Source: Octopus vulgaris
Taxonomy: Eukaryota
NCBI GenBank assembly: GCA_951406725.2
Contig: OX597815.1
Coordinates: 79,670,001 to 79,734,000 of the forward strand
DNA: 64,000 bases
Direction: 5' to 3'
Position 1 is the stretch's first letter, and each line of letters begins with the position of its first letter. Position numbers and translations under genes: made by a program. The notes under the pieces are model-generated. The model did no database searches. It worked only from the letters and a program-made list of their open reading frames with translations, and was not told where the DNA came from. Shown here one piece after another: positions 42,366 to 55,739 of the stretch.

Positions 42366-43481
42366 TATACAAAATTTGCGGGTACTTTACGTGAGTGAAT
42401 TCTACCCGTGAAGTGTATTTGCTTGAAATTTAATAAATTGCAAATTAGTTTCTAATATTTTGTGTCACTGTTTTTTTTTCTCTTAAGAGGGCGAGTTGGC
42501 AGAATCGCTTGCACAGCCCCCGGTGGGCCAATGCTTGGCGGCATGTCTTCTGCCTATAAGTTCACATTCCGCCGATGTCAACTTTACCTTTTATCAATTC
42601 AGGATCCATAAAATGAGTACCACTTGAATAGCAGGGTCGGTGTAAGCAACTTACTTTCTCCCCTGAACATGCTGGCCTTGTGCCACAATTTGATACAAAC
42701 ACTTTGCTTTACTAATACTTATGTAAAGATATCTTTGGTAACTTACCGGTGGAGTGAATGCACGTGTCTATGTGTGTGTACGGGCAGGCGTAGGCGTTTA
42801 TTTATGTGTGTGTGTGTGTTTGTGTGTACGAGAGAGTGAGGGAGAAAGAGAGTGAGAGAGAGTGAGAGAGAGTGAGAGAGAGTATGTGCTCTCTCATGGA
42901 TATAAGAATGTATTTTTGAAATGAGGCTTACATTAGAAATCTTCTTTTATTTCAAAACATGGGGAGAGAGAGAGAAAGAGAGAGAGAGAAAGAGAGAGAG
43001 GGTGGAGTGTGTGGGTTTGTAAATATACATTCTTATATCCATGTATAGCATTCTGGTATTCTGAAATAAAGGGAAGTTTTAATGTAAAGCCCATTTCAAA
43101 TCCATAACCTAATCTCCAAGCACGTCATGACAGATACCGGACATGTTATGTTCAAGCATAATGTACGAGGGCGAGTGAAGAACGAACTGAAGTGATTATT
43201 GGGCCTTCTTTAGATAAGTTTAAAAGCCAATGATTTATATTCACTGCTGGCGGTGTTGGGTTTACGAAATGTGAGTCCCTCACCCTTTCGTACCGCTTCT
43301 ATGAGCGTGTGCGAACTTATAAAACCAAATGACTGTAGGCTATTACGTAGTATATTATAACCGATAGTGTTTCTTTTGCTATCTATATCAAGTGGATCGC
43401 AAAGTGCTTGTGTCAAAGACCAGCTAAATATTTACAGTGTTTATAGCTCTCACGAGATCTCGGAATCCTATATATTTATCC

Positions 43482-43803
<322 letters not shown>

Positions 43804-43972
43804 ATGTATGTCTGTCTGTATGTATGTATGTCTGTGTATGTGTTGTGTGTGTTTATTAAATTTTTACAAGGAAAAGATTGACGTTGACTTCGAAGTTTCA
43901 GCTTGCTCGCCTTAGACTGGTTGGCTGGCTGGCTGTCTGGTGGATTTCTCCAGTGAAAATTTACATCGTGTA

Positions 43973-44145
43973 GGCGCAGGAGTGGTTGTGTGGTAAGTAG
44001 CTTGCTTACCAACCACATGGTTCCGGGTTCAGTCCCTCTGCGTGGCACCTTGGGTAAGTGTCTTCTACTATAGCCTCGGGCCGACCAAAGGCTTGTCAGT
44101 GGATTTGGCAGAAAGAAACTGAACGAAGCCCGTCGTATATATATG

Positions 44146-44179
<34 letters not shown>

Positions 44180-44189
44180 ATTATATATA

Positions 44190-44268
<79 letters not shown>

Positions 44269-44471
44269 TGTTTGTGTATATGTTTGTGTGTCTGTGTTTG
44301 TACCCCAACATCGCCTGACAACCGATGCCGGTTCGGCAAAAGAGACCGATAAAATAAGTACTAGGATTACAAAGAATAAGTCCAGGAGTCGATTTGCTCG
44401 ACTAAAGGCGGTGCTCCAGCATGGCCCCAGTAAAATGACTGAAACAAGTAAAAGAGTAAAAGAGTAAAGAG
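43973..44471 (+). mobile_element. tRNA-derived SINE with central (TA)n and GTAAAAGA-repeat tail
   Basis: A-box-like TGGTTGTGTGG, B-box GGTTCAGTCC, body CTTGGGTAAGTGTCTTCTACTATAGCC. At least five related copies occur in the window. Confidence 0.85.
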
Positions 44472-44558
44472 TATAGAGAGAGGGGGCATGAGAATAAAAG
44501 AGAAATACAAAGAGAGTTAAAGATGTACAGAATGATGGCACATACTAGGCTTGATGGC

Positions 44559-44598
<40 letters not shown>

Positions 44599-44867
44599 GT
44601 GAGTGAGTGAGTGAGCAAGAGTAAATGGCTCAGTAGTTATGAGAGGAGCTATATATAGGAGAAATATGTTCTTTTAATTCTATTTTAAGGTAATAAGTAT
44701 TTTTCTTTTGAAAATTAGTATCCATTTTATCATTTTGTATAGGAATCGTTAAATTTGATACAGCTTTTAAAAATAATTATTGTATGTATGCCATACTTTC
44801 TGATATTGCCTATGATGTTAAAAATGTGCTTCCAAAGTTACTCGTCATATGACGAGTAACACTCTAG

Positions 44868-44904
<37 letters not shown>

Positions 44905-44985
44905 ATATGTATATAAGTACATATACATAAATACATACACGCGCACACACACACACATATATACATAAACATATACATATATTAG

Positions 44986-45158
44986 TTATTAGTGATAGAA
45001 GCAGTCTCTGTATCGAACATTAATTAGCACAAATTGGATGGTTTCTTTAGAACGCCTTAGACTGCGGTGAACGTCTAAGACGTTCCAAACAACACTTCCA
45101 ATTTAGGTTGAATGTGCTAATGAATATTCGATACAGATGTTACTTCTATCGCTAATAG
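44986..45158. repeat. ~170-bp imperfect palindrome (MITE-like hairpin)
   Basis: TATTAGTGATAGAAG...TCTGTATCGAACATTAATTAGCACA...TTAGAC / GTCTAAG...TGTGCTAATGAATATTCGATACAGA...CTTCTATCGCTAATA, with a ~10-nt loop. Confidence 0.8.
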
Positions 45159-45870
45159 ATAATTAATTCACAACCTGCTCACTTTTCGTGGCATCACTGG
45201 CTGTTTGGCTAGTGTTATACTATATCTGTTTGACCGATTTTTCGATCTAATATTCGGTGCTTAGCTACTGCTGATGATCTACAATTTGCGATGAAATCAG
45301 GCGATGCAATAGTGTCATCCGCCGGTGCTGACAAAAATTTCGTCAGCCGATATTGTCTGTGGATTGGAAAAGAAGTATTAATCAAAGAAAGGAAAATGGT
45401 AACTAAGTCAATGGAAACGACTAGCAGTTTTCGTTAGTAAGAATCAGTTTAAAAGGTATGCAAAATGGAATAAGTCTGTCTAGTGCTAGGAGGGGAAACT
45501 TTTAACGTTTCTGACAGAAAACTGTTGACGCACATGATATCAGGAGAAAGGTACTGTATAGTACAAATGCGTTTCCAAAATTTTACTAACTGAAATTTTG
45601 TTAACCAGATACTATCTGCAGGACTGGTTGTCAGGTTATTATGTTGTCTATAACCCTCTCTTCACTGTCTCTCCTAACATTTACTCATTCATAAAATCTA
45701 ACACTTATACGAACACACATATACATTAAAACGAGTCCACACGCATACACACACACACTCAAACATACACAAACATACATGCATACATACACACACACAT
45801 ATATATATATATGTGTGTGCATATATATATATTTATATATATATGTATGCATCTATCTATCTATCTATCC

Positions 45871-45934
<64 letters not shown>

Positions 45935-46604
45935 GTCTATCTATATATATACACACACAAAGACGTGCGCACACACACAAAGACGTGCGCACACACACAC
46001 ATACACACAAGCGCACACACATTCATAGGTCCACACATCCTAGAAGCTCGTGCACTCATTACTCACAAAGTTTAAGAAAGGGACAAGAAATGGGTTGGTG
46101 GACGGGGAGGAAATAACATTTACATGCTCCCTACCATTCCTTCTTCCTTAAAACTTACCTTCCCATCACAACTCCTGAAAGAAAAGAAAACACTACCCCT
46201 CCCGTCATCATAGACAAGTTACAACCGCCTTAGTCTACACCTATCATAACCCCATACATTACTAAGGGGTTTCACAGCGCCCGAATAGTACATTTGTTAT
46301 CTCTGGATAGGTTAAGCACTTTAGGTTGTCAGTAAACGGGGGGAAAAGAATGTTGGCTCTGGTTGGTTGCAGTGGTAAAGTGCCGAACAGCATGTCTGTG
46401 GTAGGCCTCATTTTAGGCTTTAACTTCTCAGAAAAAAGAAAAGGTTGCGCATATAACTTTTAGAAGGGTCTCTCAGACTGACTGGGTAAAGAATGGAAGC
46501 AAAAACCAAAGCTCAATAAGTATAATACACGCGACTGGGATTCCGCGCACTTTGCCTTCAACGCAATTTCACTCGTATCAAAGCTATGGTAAAAGTTACC
46601 TGTT

Positions 46605-46951
46605 TCTTTATTACCCACAAGGCTAAACATAGAGGGGATAAACAAGGACAGACATAGGTATTAAGTAGATTATATCGACCCCAGTGCGTAACTGGTACTT
46701 AATTTATCGACTCCGAAAGGATGAAAGGTAAAGTCGACCTCGGCGGCAAGGTTGTTTATGGAAGACCAGCAATCGCACATGCATACCGGCCTCCCCTCTC
46801 CACGCCACCAGTGTTATCCAAAGGAAAAGCAAAGGCACCTGAGACGTCGCAACTCATTTTTACAGCTGAGTGAACTGGAGCAACGTGAAATAAAGTGTCT
46901 TGCTCAAGAACACAACACGCAGCCCGGTCCGGGATTCGAGCGAGCCATGCG

Positions 46952-46952
<1 letters not shown>
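46605..46952 (-). mobile_element. Fused fragments of two SINE families
   Basis: 46605-46747 matches the 16320-16968 family and 46748-46952 matches the 59150-59470 family. Confidence 0.75.
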
Positions 46953-47003
<51 letters not shown>

Positions 47004-48247
47004 TGTGTCTGTGCAAGTTGGTGTGTGTATATGTGTATATGCATATGGGCTTGTGTGTGTGTACTCGTACGTATAACGATATGTATGTACTCTTTTAGCC
47101 TTTATCCAACAGAGATTAGCAGGTCTAAACTTCGAAGTCACTGTCACCCCTCTTCTTGAAAAGTATAATAAACATGTACTCTACAAAAATGTATTGTGTA
47201 ACATCAGCTTGTTTTTATTATAACTCGACATAAAAACAAACATTAATAGACGATACACATAATATGATAGCTTTCCGCATCTTATCCAAGCGTCCAAAAG
47301 ACCCAACACTCAAACAAATACGGGAGTACGTCCTTAGAAATGAAACTCCCCCAATACTAAATAGGAAATATACATAGTAGATACCATACCCCCATAGCCA
47401 CAGTTTACACAGGTAGAGTAGAATAGTTAGTGGGCTGTTATGTAGATAGATGTAAGTGTGTATGTGGAGGTGTATGTATGAATGTGTACATACACATGTA
47501 TACAAGCATGTGGATGTGAAAATAAATAGATCAACAGACAGATAGGTACATAGGTTATATGAACAGACAAGCACACATACGCAAATGGAGACTGAAATAG
47601 ATGACCATATATACACACACACTTTACTTCACACAAGGACACATATGGAGACACGTGTTCACACATATGGAGATGCACATCCACACATACAAACACGGTA
47701 CATAGTTGCAAAACACACACACACACACTCAGACATGCACACACATGGAGACAGAGGTGCATACATATACAAACACATGCACACACACACACATATATAA
47801 AACACACAAAGACGGACACGCAAGCACATGAATATGCAGAATACATAAATACAGATGCACACACATACATACATATATACATACACACATGCATATATAA
47901 ATACATACATATATACATACATACATACATACATACATACAGACATGCATGCATAGGCGCACACACACACACTGACCCCCACGCATGCGCACAAACAAAC
48001 AAAAAGGAACGCAGTGTAAATAACAGAGTCAAGACTATTGAAAAGGTTGTAAGACGCAACGAAAATTTTAGGAAAATAAAAATAAGAAACAAATGGAAAT
48101 TTTACCGGTGAGTGTCTTAAATTATAAGGCACAAAAAGAAAATGATTCTCCCCAGACACAACAGAATATGCTTCAACACACGAACTCACATAAAGAATCT
48201 TGCAAGCCAAATCCAAAAACGATATATATATATATATATAATATATA

Positions 48248-50706
48248 CTAGCAGAAAGACCACCCTCCAGGCGGTTTTCTGCTAGCCACTCGATAATAAT
48301 TACACATGTGATTCCTAATTTTGATAATTTTTGTATTTTACGTCTAATTATTTCTTTGTGTAATTATTTCTTAGTAAATATTGCTTTCATTATTTTATCA
48401 GTCATAATCTCTCTTTTTTTAAAGAGTCAATCTGTTATATATTTATCATTAATAATTGGTAGAACTTACACAGGTGCACATAGATAGATGTATAGACACA
48501 CAGATACACACGCACATACACACACACACACACATATACACATGCACACACAAATCTGGTGCAGTGAGAACGCATGGGAATGATGTTTCCTTACTTTTTC
48601 AAATATACCCAAATTTAAACGATATCATTCATTTGGCATGTGTTGAAAAATGCCAAAATAAATTAATTCCATACAAATATATATTACAATACATATGATT
48701 TATGTGTTAATTCTATTTACTGAAACATGCTAAAAAGTATATTTTGTTTTAAAGTAGTATCTCCTTGTAGACACCGTTGTCAGTAATCATACCATTTCCA
48801 TTTCTCTCAGCCAATATTTCTCTCAGCCAACTCTAGATAATGCAACATACAGCTGACCATGTGAGAAGAATTGTGTCGGAAGATATATTCCAATTTGTTC
48901 AGAAGTCTGTTCCTGTGCCTTGTTGCACGTCAAGGCAAAAGCTGGCTTGACAGGAAATTGTTTGCATGTAAATGTAAATGGAAATTCGATTTCTTGAGAC
49001 ACGTGGTATTCGTGGGATTAGTAGAGTTGATCCTGCATAAGGACCAAAAGCAACATCAGCCTCAATAACATGAGTGTGTGCCATTGCAATGTCCATTAGT
49101 AGTATCTAAATTTCTCAGAAACATTATGCATCATTTTCTCTTCAGTTTGAGAATGTGTGGTGGAAGCCCTGACGTTGTAAGTTTGTTGATGAATTCGATT
49201 GGGTACAGAGTTTCATTATCAACTGTATCTGAGCTTCTGTATATTTTTAGCTTACCTGGGATCTTGGTCAACAGAAAATCATTCACAAATTGTGCTGCTT
49301 CGTTTGTTAGAGTAACGATGGTTCTATTTGCAAGCCACACAGGGTTTGTGAAGTTATTTTTGAGGTCAGCATATACAAAATCTCATAGATCTGAAAGAGT
49401 ACCACTTTCAAAGCAAGGGTCATTGGGTAGTTTGATTTTGAATTCACCTAGGCTTTGTTCAACAGAAATGTCACCATTTCTTATATCAAGAAGGTAATTA
49501 GCAAACTCTCTTTCATCAGAATGACCTTCTGTAAGGAGTCTAAGATTGGTTGTCAACTCCACTACTTCCAAAGAAAAGATCTCTTTAGTGTTGCATCAAT
49601 AATTTGTGATCTGACACCATTATTTTGAAGTAGAATATTCTCCTCTCGAGATACCCTCTCCTCTCGGTCATGTGTAGCGGAAACAGAATCATGTCCACGT
49701 TCCCCGTGCATATTCAGGCATCTGTTTCAGTCGCTTTGCCCTGGTTTCATCTGATTCAATTTCTTTCTGCCATTGTGCCTTTGCTGCTAAATTTTCTTTT
49801 TCAGTTGCATATTATATATAAATGAAAGCTCGTTAAGAACTATCTTGTTTACCGTGCTAGAAACAGCAGCGATTATGTAGTTATTATTGTAAGGCTTATA
49901 GTGTTCCAATAAAATCACTTCTTCATTTAAGAAAAAAATATACCGGTATGTTAAAGAATTTTCATTTTATCAAAAATATTCCTTTAACTATCTCCGGAAA
50001 AATGATAATATTCTTGAAATTGTGCCTCGTATCAAAGTTATACAGCTATTTTGTATAAACATGAAATGAAAAAATCGTATAAGTGAAAGCTTGTTAAAAT
50101 ATATCTTGTTTAGCGTGCTAGAAGTAGCAGCGATCACATAGTTATTATTGTAAGGCTTATAACGTTCCAAGTAGCCATACCAAGAAAATCCTTTCTTCAG
50201 TTAAAAATAATAATAATAATAATACCGGTATATTAAATAATTTTCATTTTCTCAAAAATATTCATTTAATAAACTTCGGAAAATGATAATATTCTTGAAA
50301 TTGTGTCTCGTATCAAAGTTATATAGCTATTATTAAATTATCATTAATGAAAATAGAGGCGAGCGAGAATGAGAAACAGTTGCGAATAAAAACGTAAAAT
50401 GTTGCCTGCAACGAATTAATATTGTTTATTATTAAACATTAAAATCTACTTAGCATTGAATGTAATGAATATTTAAATTAATGAAGAAGTGAACGTAGTG
50501 AATACAAAGAATATTTAAATTTGCGAGAATTTGGAGTTTAAAAAATTCAATAAACTTCAGAATTCGAAATTATAGGCAATTTCTTAGAACATGAATTTAT
50601 GAAAAATATTTCCAGACGATCAGGCTTTTAATATTGCTTTCTTTTAGTACTTTTAGTAATTGTTACATACCTAATTAATAAGCAGCTTTCTCCATTATAG
50701 TATAGA
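48248..50706 (-). mobile_element. Helitron, internally deleted, both termini present
   Basis: Minus-strand 5' end A|TCTATACTATAAT at 50706. The 3' end has the hairpin ACCGCCT-GGA-GGGTGGT, then TTTCTGCTAG|T at 48248 (A/T target, no TSD). PIF1 helicase relics lie inside. Confidence 0.88.
48740..49575 (-). pseudogene. Helitron PIF1-like helicase C-terminal fragment
   Basis: ELTTNLRL...FANYLLDI.NG, YPIEFINKLTTSGLPPHILKLK, LLIPRIP, KAQGQT...FSHGQLYVALSRV. Confidence 0.9.
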
Positions 50707-50837
50707 TATATAGAAGGGTCCCGTTGAAGAAATTTGTTTGAACATTCTCATGGAAACGCCTACCACGTATAAACCTGATATAATTGTTTGGAACAAAGTA
50801 AAATTAAGTAGTTATAGTGGTTATATGCTGAATTAGA

Positions 50838-50908
50838 TGTTTTTCTTCAAACATTTTGTTTTTCTTCAAACATTTTGTTTTTCTTCAAACATTTTGTTTT
50901 TCTTCAAA
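50838..50908. repeat. 19-bp minisatellite, ~4 units
   Basis: TGTTTTTCTTCAAACATTT repeated in tandem. Confidence 0.9.
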
Positions 50909-51342
50909 ATCAAACCGAGCGAATATTTATGGACTGCTGTTTCAAAATGAATAAAGAAAATTGCATAAAAACTAACAGTTTCACTCTCCTGATTATAAAA
51001 ATAAATTTATATCTATAATTATAGACGGTCTCTAGAAATTGCTTTATCAAATACCTAAGTGGTCATCTCGAAAAGGCAATCTGTAAGTGGCCCACTTGTT
51101 ATATGGAAGCGACCAAGCATTGTTATTGTTGGGGGAATAATTAAAATACATGAAAAAGAAAGTTAACATATATGCACACATAAGATAATATGTTCGCTTC
51201 GCAACCACATGGATCCAGGATCAGTTCCAGTATTGCAGCTCTCGGGGCAAGTGACTTTTACCATTGACTCAGCTCATCTTATGACTTGTAAGTGAATTTG
51301 GTAAACGGAAACTGTCGGAAACACGTTGTGTGTGTTATGGAC

Positions 51343-51628
51343 TCTCTCGTCAAAGACGGCGTATGAGCATCCAGCTTTTGTCGAACGACCTGCACAAATT
51401 ATTTGTTTTACAGTGATCAAATGTTCGTGCCACACATTAGCTCACTCTCTCCATCAAATCGACGTTGTCTGAACAGGTGCAGGTGTCATGCGCCAGGTGT
51501 CGAAGTGATCTCAGAGCAAACTGAGATGAAGTGTTTTGCTCAAGGAAACAACGTACCATCCGGTCTAGGAATTGAAATCACGATCGCTAGATCGTCAGTG
51601 CAACATGCTAACCACTAAACCATGCGCC
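51343..51628 (-). mobile_element. tRNA-derived SINE
   Basis: Minus-strand head GGCGCATGGTTTAGTGGTTAG...TTTCAATTCC...CCTTGAGCAAAACACTT. Confidence 0.65.
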
Positions 51629-52296
51629 CTCTTTCTCTCTCTCACCCCACCCACAAACTATCTGCATTGGCAAGACATTGTAAAACCAATAAAAAAAGTA
51701 CAGTGAACTTATCGCCAGGAGTGGAAAATCGAACGTCTCGTGCAGTCCTCCTTCAGGGGAAAGATGAAAGAAAAGAAATCAATGAAACACAGCAGAGTTT
51801 TACATCCTGTAAGTTAAAAAAGAATGGTGGCTACTGTTAAGGGACGTAGAACCACGTGAGTTTCATACGTGGATAAGAACTGGTAGGAGAAACAGTGTGA
51901 GAAGACAGAAGGAAAGTGTAATGGAATGAGGAGAAACAGGCAAAATCGAAAGTGAGGTGAAGGGAAAAGATGAGGAGACAAGAGAATTCAAGGATAAGAA
52001 AAGATTTAATGAGTTAATATGAAGCGTAGGCGGAGAATGAAAACGTTCATTTAAACTTGACGAAAATATGGGTCCAAGTTCGAATAAGAAATGTAATTCC
52101 TTCTGTTTCCTTGAGAATGTGGATCCATGGTAAGTGGTAGCGCTCAAATGGATGACAACAGGTTGGCCTGGGATTTATAGTAGTACGTTTCAGTTATGGT
52201 CCCGAAACTGATCAGTTAGGCATCGACCTGTTTCTCCAATGTAAAGGGCACCTGTTCGAAACGTTGAATTTTCCACTCATCACGGCATGTTCACTG

Positions 52297-52355
<59 letters not shown>

Positions 52356-52406
52356 TAAATAAATAAATAAATGTAGTTGAACGAAGATGTTAATAAAATT
52401 CCTTTA

Positions 52407-52488
52407 CTTTCGACATATGTTTCGAAGACAACATAGTTTTATTCCAAAGGAATAAACGCTGTAAGATGCAATCTTCTCATCAGGAAAG
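52407..52488 (-). ncRNA. Type I hammerhead ribozyme with canonical core
   Basis: Minus strand CTTTC-CTGATGA-GAAGA-[43 nt including a TTTATTCC/GGAATAAA hairpin]-TCTTC-GAAA-CATATG-TC-GAAAG: perfect stems I and II, palindromic ACATATGT stem III, GUC cleavage triplet. Confidence 0.88.
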
Positions 52489-52801
52489 AAAGAAAGAGAG
52501 CCTCTCTCAACAAGACATTATAACAATTACGATGACTGCCTACATGATAAACAGAACGTTATTAAGTATTTAAAAAAAACCGTTAGTAGATTTGACGTTA
52601 CCCTGGTAACGGTTCATTGAATTTTCCATGTTAACGGTAAACATAGGATAATTCATTCACCCATCGAAATATATATATATATATATATATTAAGTATAGG
52701 AAAAAATGGAGCTGAACGAAGATTTAACAAAGTTCCTTTATTTACCCAGGTATCGGTTATCATTTGAATTATCCATAATAAGATAATTCATTTATTTACT
52801 T

Positions 52802-52876
<75 letters not shown>

Positions 52877-53591
52877 TGTGTATATGTGCATTTGTGTATG
52901 TGTGCGTTTGTGTTTGTCCCCGACTGATTGGTAACCGGTATAGCTTTGTTTACGTCCCTTTAAATATGCGGTTTGGCGAAAATAGTTCGATAGAACCAAG
53001 TCCCAGACAGAATAACAACTGTGGGTAACTTTGATCGCGCACTCCCCTCCCAAAGATACAGAAGTCAGACAAACAAACAAAAAAACTCCTCCAACCCGAG
53101 CGCACTCCAATCACTAAAACAAGACAATGAAATACGTGTACGCACATACACACACACACACACACACACATTCATTCATTCATTCATTCATTCATTCATT
53201 CATACACAAATACATGCATGTGTACATACACAAACGTACATAAGCATAGATTCACGTATACACACACATATACGAACACGCACACACATTCAGACGCAGG
53301 CGCAGTCATGTATACAACAAATCCAGTCAGCATGTATTAATATAGTGTTAAATGATATTTCCTTTGATTTATAGACTAACACAGTCTCTTTACCTTCGCT
53401 GTCCTTGCATATTGTATTCGCTTACTCTTATAATTTATTTCTGTTTTATTAACAGTCAAAATTACTGCTTTTCATGCATGTTTGAAGTAGGTTAAATGGT
53501 CTATAATTGTGCCTGTAATTCAATTATTCACTAGTTCTCCGTCGTTTTTTTTCTGTTTGACAAAGAAATCGTTGGGTGAAATATACAGTTA

Positions 53592-53651
<60 letters not shown>

Positions 53652-53764
53652 GTATGTATGTATGTATGTATGTATGTATGTATGTATGTATGTATGTATG
53701 TATGTATGTATGTGTGTATGTATGTATGTATGTAAGTATGTATGTATGTATGTATGTATGTATG

Positions 53765-53859
<95 letters not shown>

Positions 53860-54140
53860 CATTTATCTATTTATCTATCAATCTATCATTCCATTACGTG
53901 CTCACACTCAGTCACCCACACATACATATATACATGCACATTCTTCTTTTCTCTTTTCTCTCTCTGTCACTCTTCTTCTGTATACACTCACACACACACA
54001 CGCACACACACACGCACACACACACAAACACACACACACACACACACACACATACTTGTAGATAGATGCATAAAAACATACATACTAAAGCCTCGGGCCG
54101 TGTGAGTGGATTGGTAGACGAAAACTGAAGGAAACCGTCC

Positions 54141-54207
<67 letters not shown>

Positions 54208-54211
<4 letters not shown>

Positions 54212-55449
54212 GGTTGGACAAAATAATGGAAACACCTTAAAATTTCAAGCAAATTTTTTATAATATGAGGTAGGACCGCCTTTGGCAGTAATTACAGCTT
54301 GAATTCTACGAGGTATTGTTTCCAAGTTAATTTTTGTCCATTCTTCAGCTAAAACAGCCTCCAGTTCTTGTGATGATGGTAGAAGATATTGACTCTTTAC
54401 TTCTTTTTCTAAAAGGTACCATAAATGTTCAATAATAATGAGATCTAGGGACTCTGGTGGCCAGATAAGATGTTCAACTTCACTAGAATGTTCCTTATGC
54501 CATTTAATTACAACTTTAGCTGTGTGAATTGGTGAATTATCATCCTGAAAGATTGCGTTTCCATCTGGAAACAGTTCTGCAACCATAGGATGAATTTGAT
54601 CAGTTAAAATGCTTAAATAGTCTTGACTATTAATTCTTCCACGAAGGGAAACCATTTGGGCCGGCGGATTTCCAAGATATAGCACCACCAGATCATCACA
54701 GATCCTCCTCCATGTTTAACATTTGGAACAAGGCTGTCTGGGTCCAATGCTTCTTTTGGCTGTCCCCATACATATACTCGGCCGGTGGTTGGAAATAAGC
54801 TAAAGGATGACTCGTCCGAGAAAATAACATTCTCCCACTGCTCTAGGGACCAATTCTATAGTATTTTACTCCATTCTAAATGCTTTGCAACGTTTGATTT
54901 TGAAAGTAGTGGTTTTCTGATTTCAGCCCTCCCGTGAAATCCGGCTTTGCGCAGCTCCTGGCGAGCAGTTTTTGTGGAAACTGGGTTCTCGAGGTGGTCA
55001 TTAATTTCTGCAGTATTTTGTGATCCTTTCTAACAATTCGCGTAAGAGTCCGCCGGTCTCTATCTGAAAGTTTGATTAGCTTCCGGAGTTTTGTTTCGAC
55101 GAGGAGGTTTTTCACTCTTTCTCAAAGGATGTCATTACTTTTGAGACAGTACTTCTTGATACACCAAATATTTCGGTTGTTTTCGTCACGTTAGCTCCTG
55201 CCATACGACCACTAACAATTTGACTTCTTTGAAAGTCCGATAGATCTGTCATTTTAATGAATTTTAATTACCTTTCTTCTGATGATATCTGAAAAGAAAC
55301 AGCAATTTTAGAAAAAAAAAACATATTAAGCAACACTAATAATAAATTTAAAAAAACATAAAAATAAATAAGCTTTTGACGGTTTTATAGCTATTTCAAA
55401 ATTATGATGCTATGATGCTAGATGTTTCCATTATTTTGTCCAACCCCTG
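54208..55449 (-). mobile_element. Tc1/mariner DNA transposon, full length, transposase disrupted
   Basis: TIRs CAG(A/G)GGTTGGACAAAATAATGGAAACA with TA TSDs at 54206-7 and 55450-1. Confidence 0.95.
54245..55252 (-). pseudogene. Tc1-family DDE transposase
   Basis: MTDLSDFQRSQIV..., KLSDRDRRTLTRIV, VIFSDES, IFQDDNSPIH, WPPESLDLIIIEHLW, AKGGPT; frameshifted. Confidence 0.92.
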
Positions 55450-55465
55450 TATGTGTGTGTGTGTG

Positions 55466-55497
<32 letters not shown>

Positions 55498-55553
55498 TGT
55501 ATGTATGTATGTATGTATGTATGTATGTATGTATGTATGTATGTATACATATG

Positions 55554-55584
<31 letters not shown>

Positions 55585-55655
55585 ATGTTAAATAAAATGA
55601 GACGACAAAGTCAAGGCTGTGTGGAATTTTTAGGACATTTATAAAGAGAAAGTTA

Positions 55656-55703
55656 GTCTTACAGCTGTTTCTGGGATATTAGGGATATCTCTTCATTAGA
55701 GAC
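55656..55703 (-). ncRNA. Hammerhead motif with mutated core (CTAATGA)
   Basis: Minus strand GTCT-CTAATGA-AGAGATAT-CCCTA-ATATCCCA-GAAACAGCTGTA-AGAC: palindromic stem III ACAGCTGT and GUA site. G5>A probably inactivates it. Confidence 0.65.
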
Positions 55704-55739
55704 GATGTGAGATGGTTAAGTAGAGGGAAACAGTAGAGT

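Noticed and set aside
42896-43115. Short inverted blocks around a (GA)n tract
   Set aside because: Real but diverged; likely an old MITE or local inversion with nothing further to support.
52230-52270. ...GGGCACCTGTTCGAAACGTTG possible HHR
   Set aside because: The CUGAnGA half is not recognisable.
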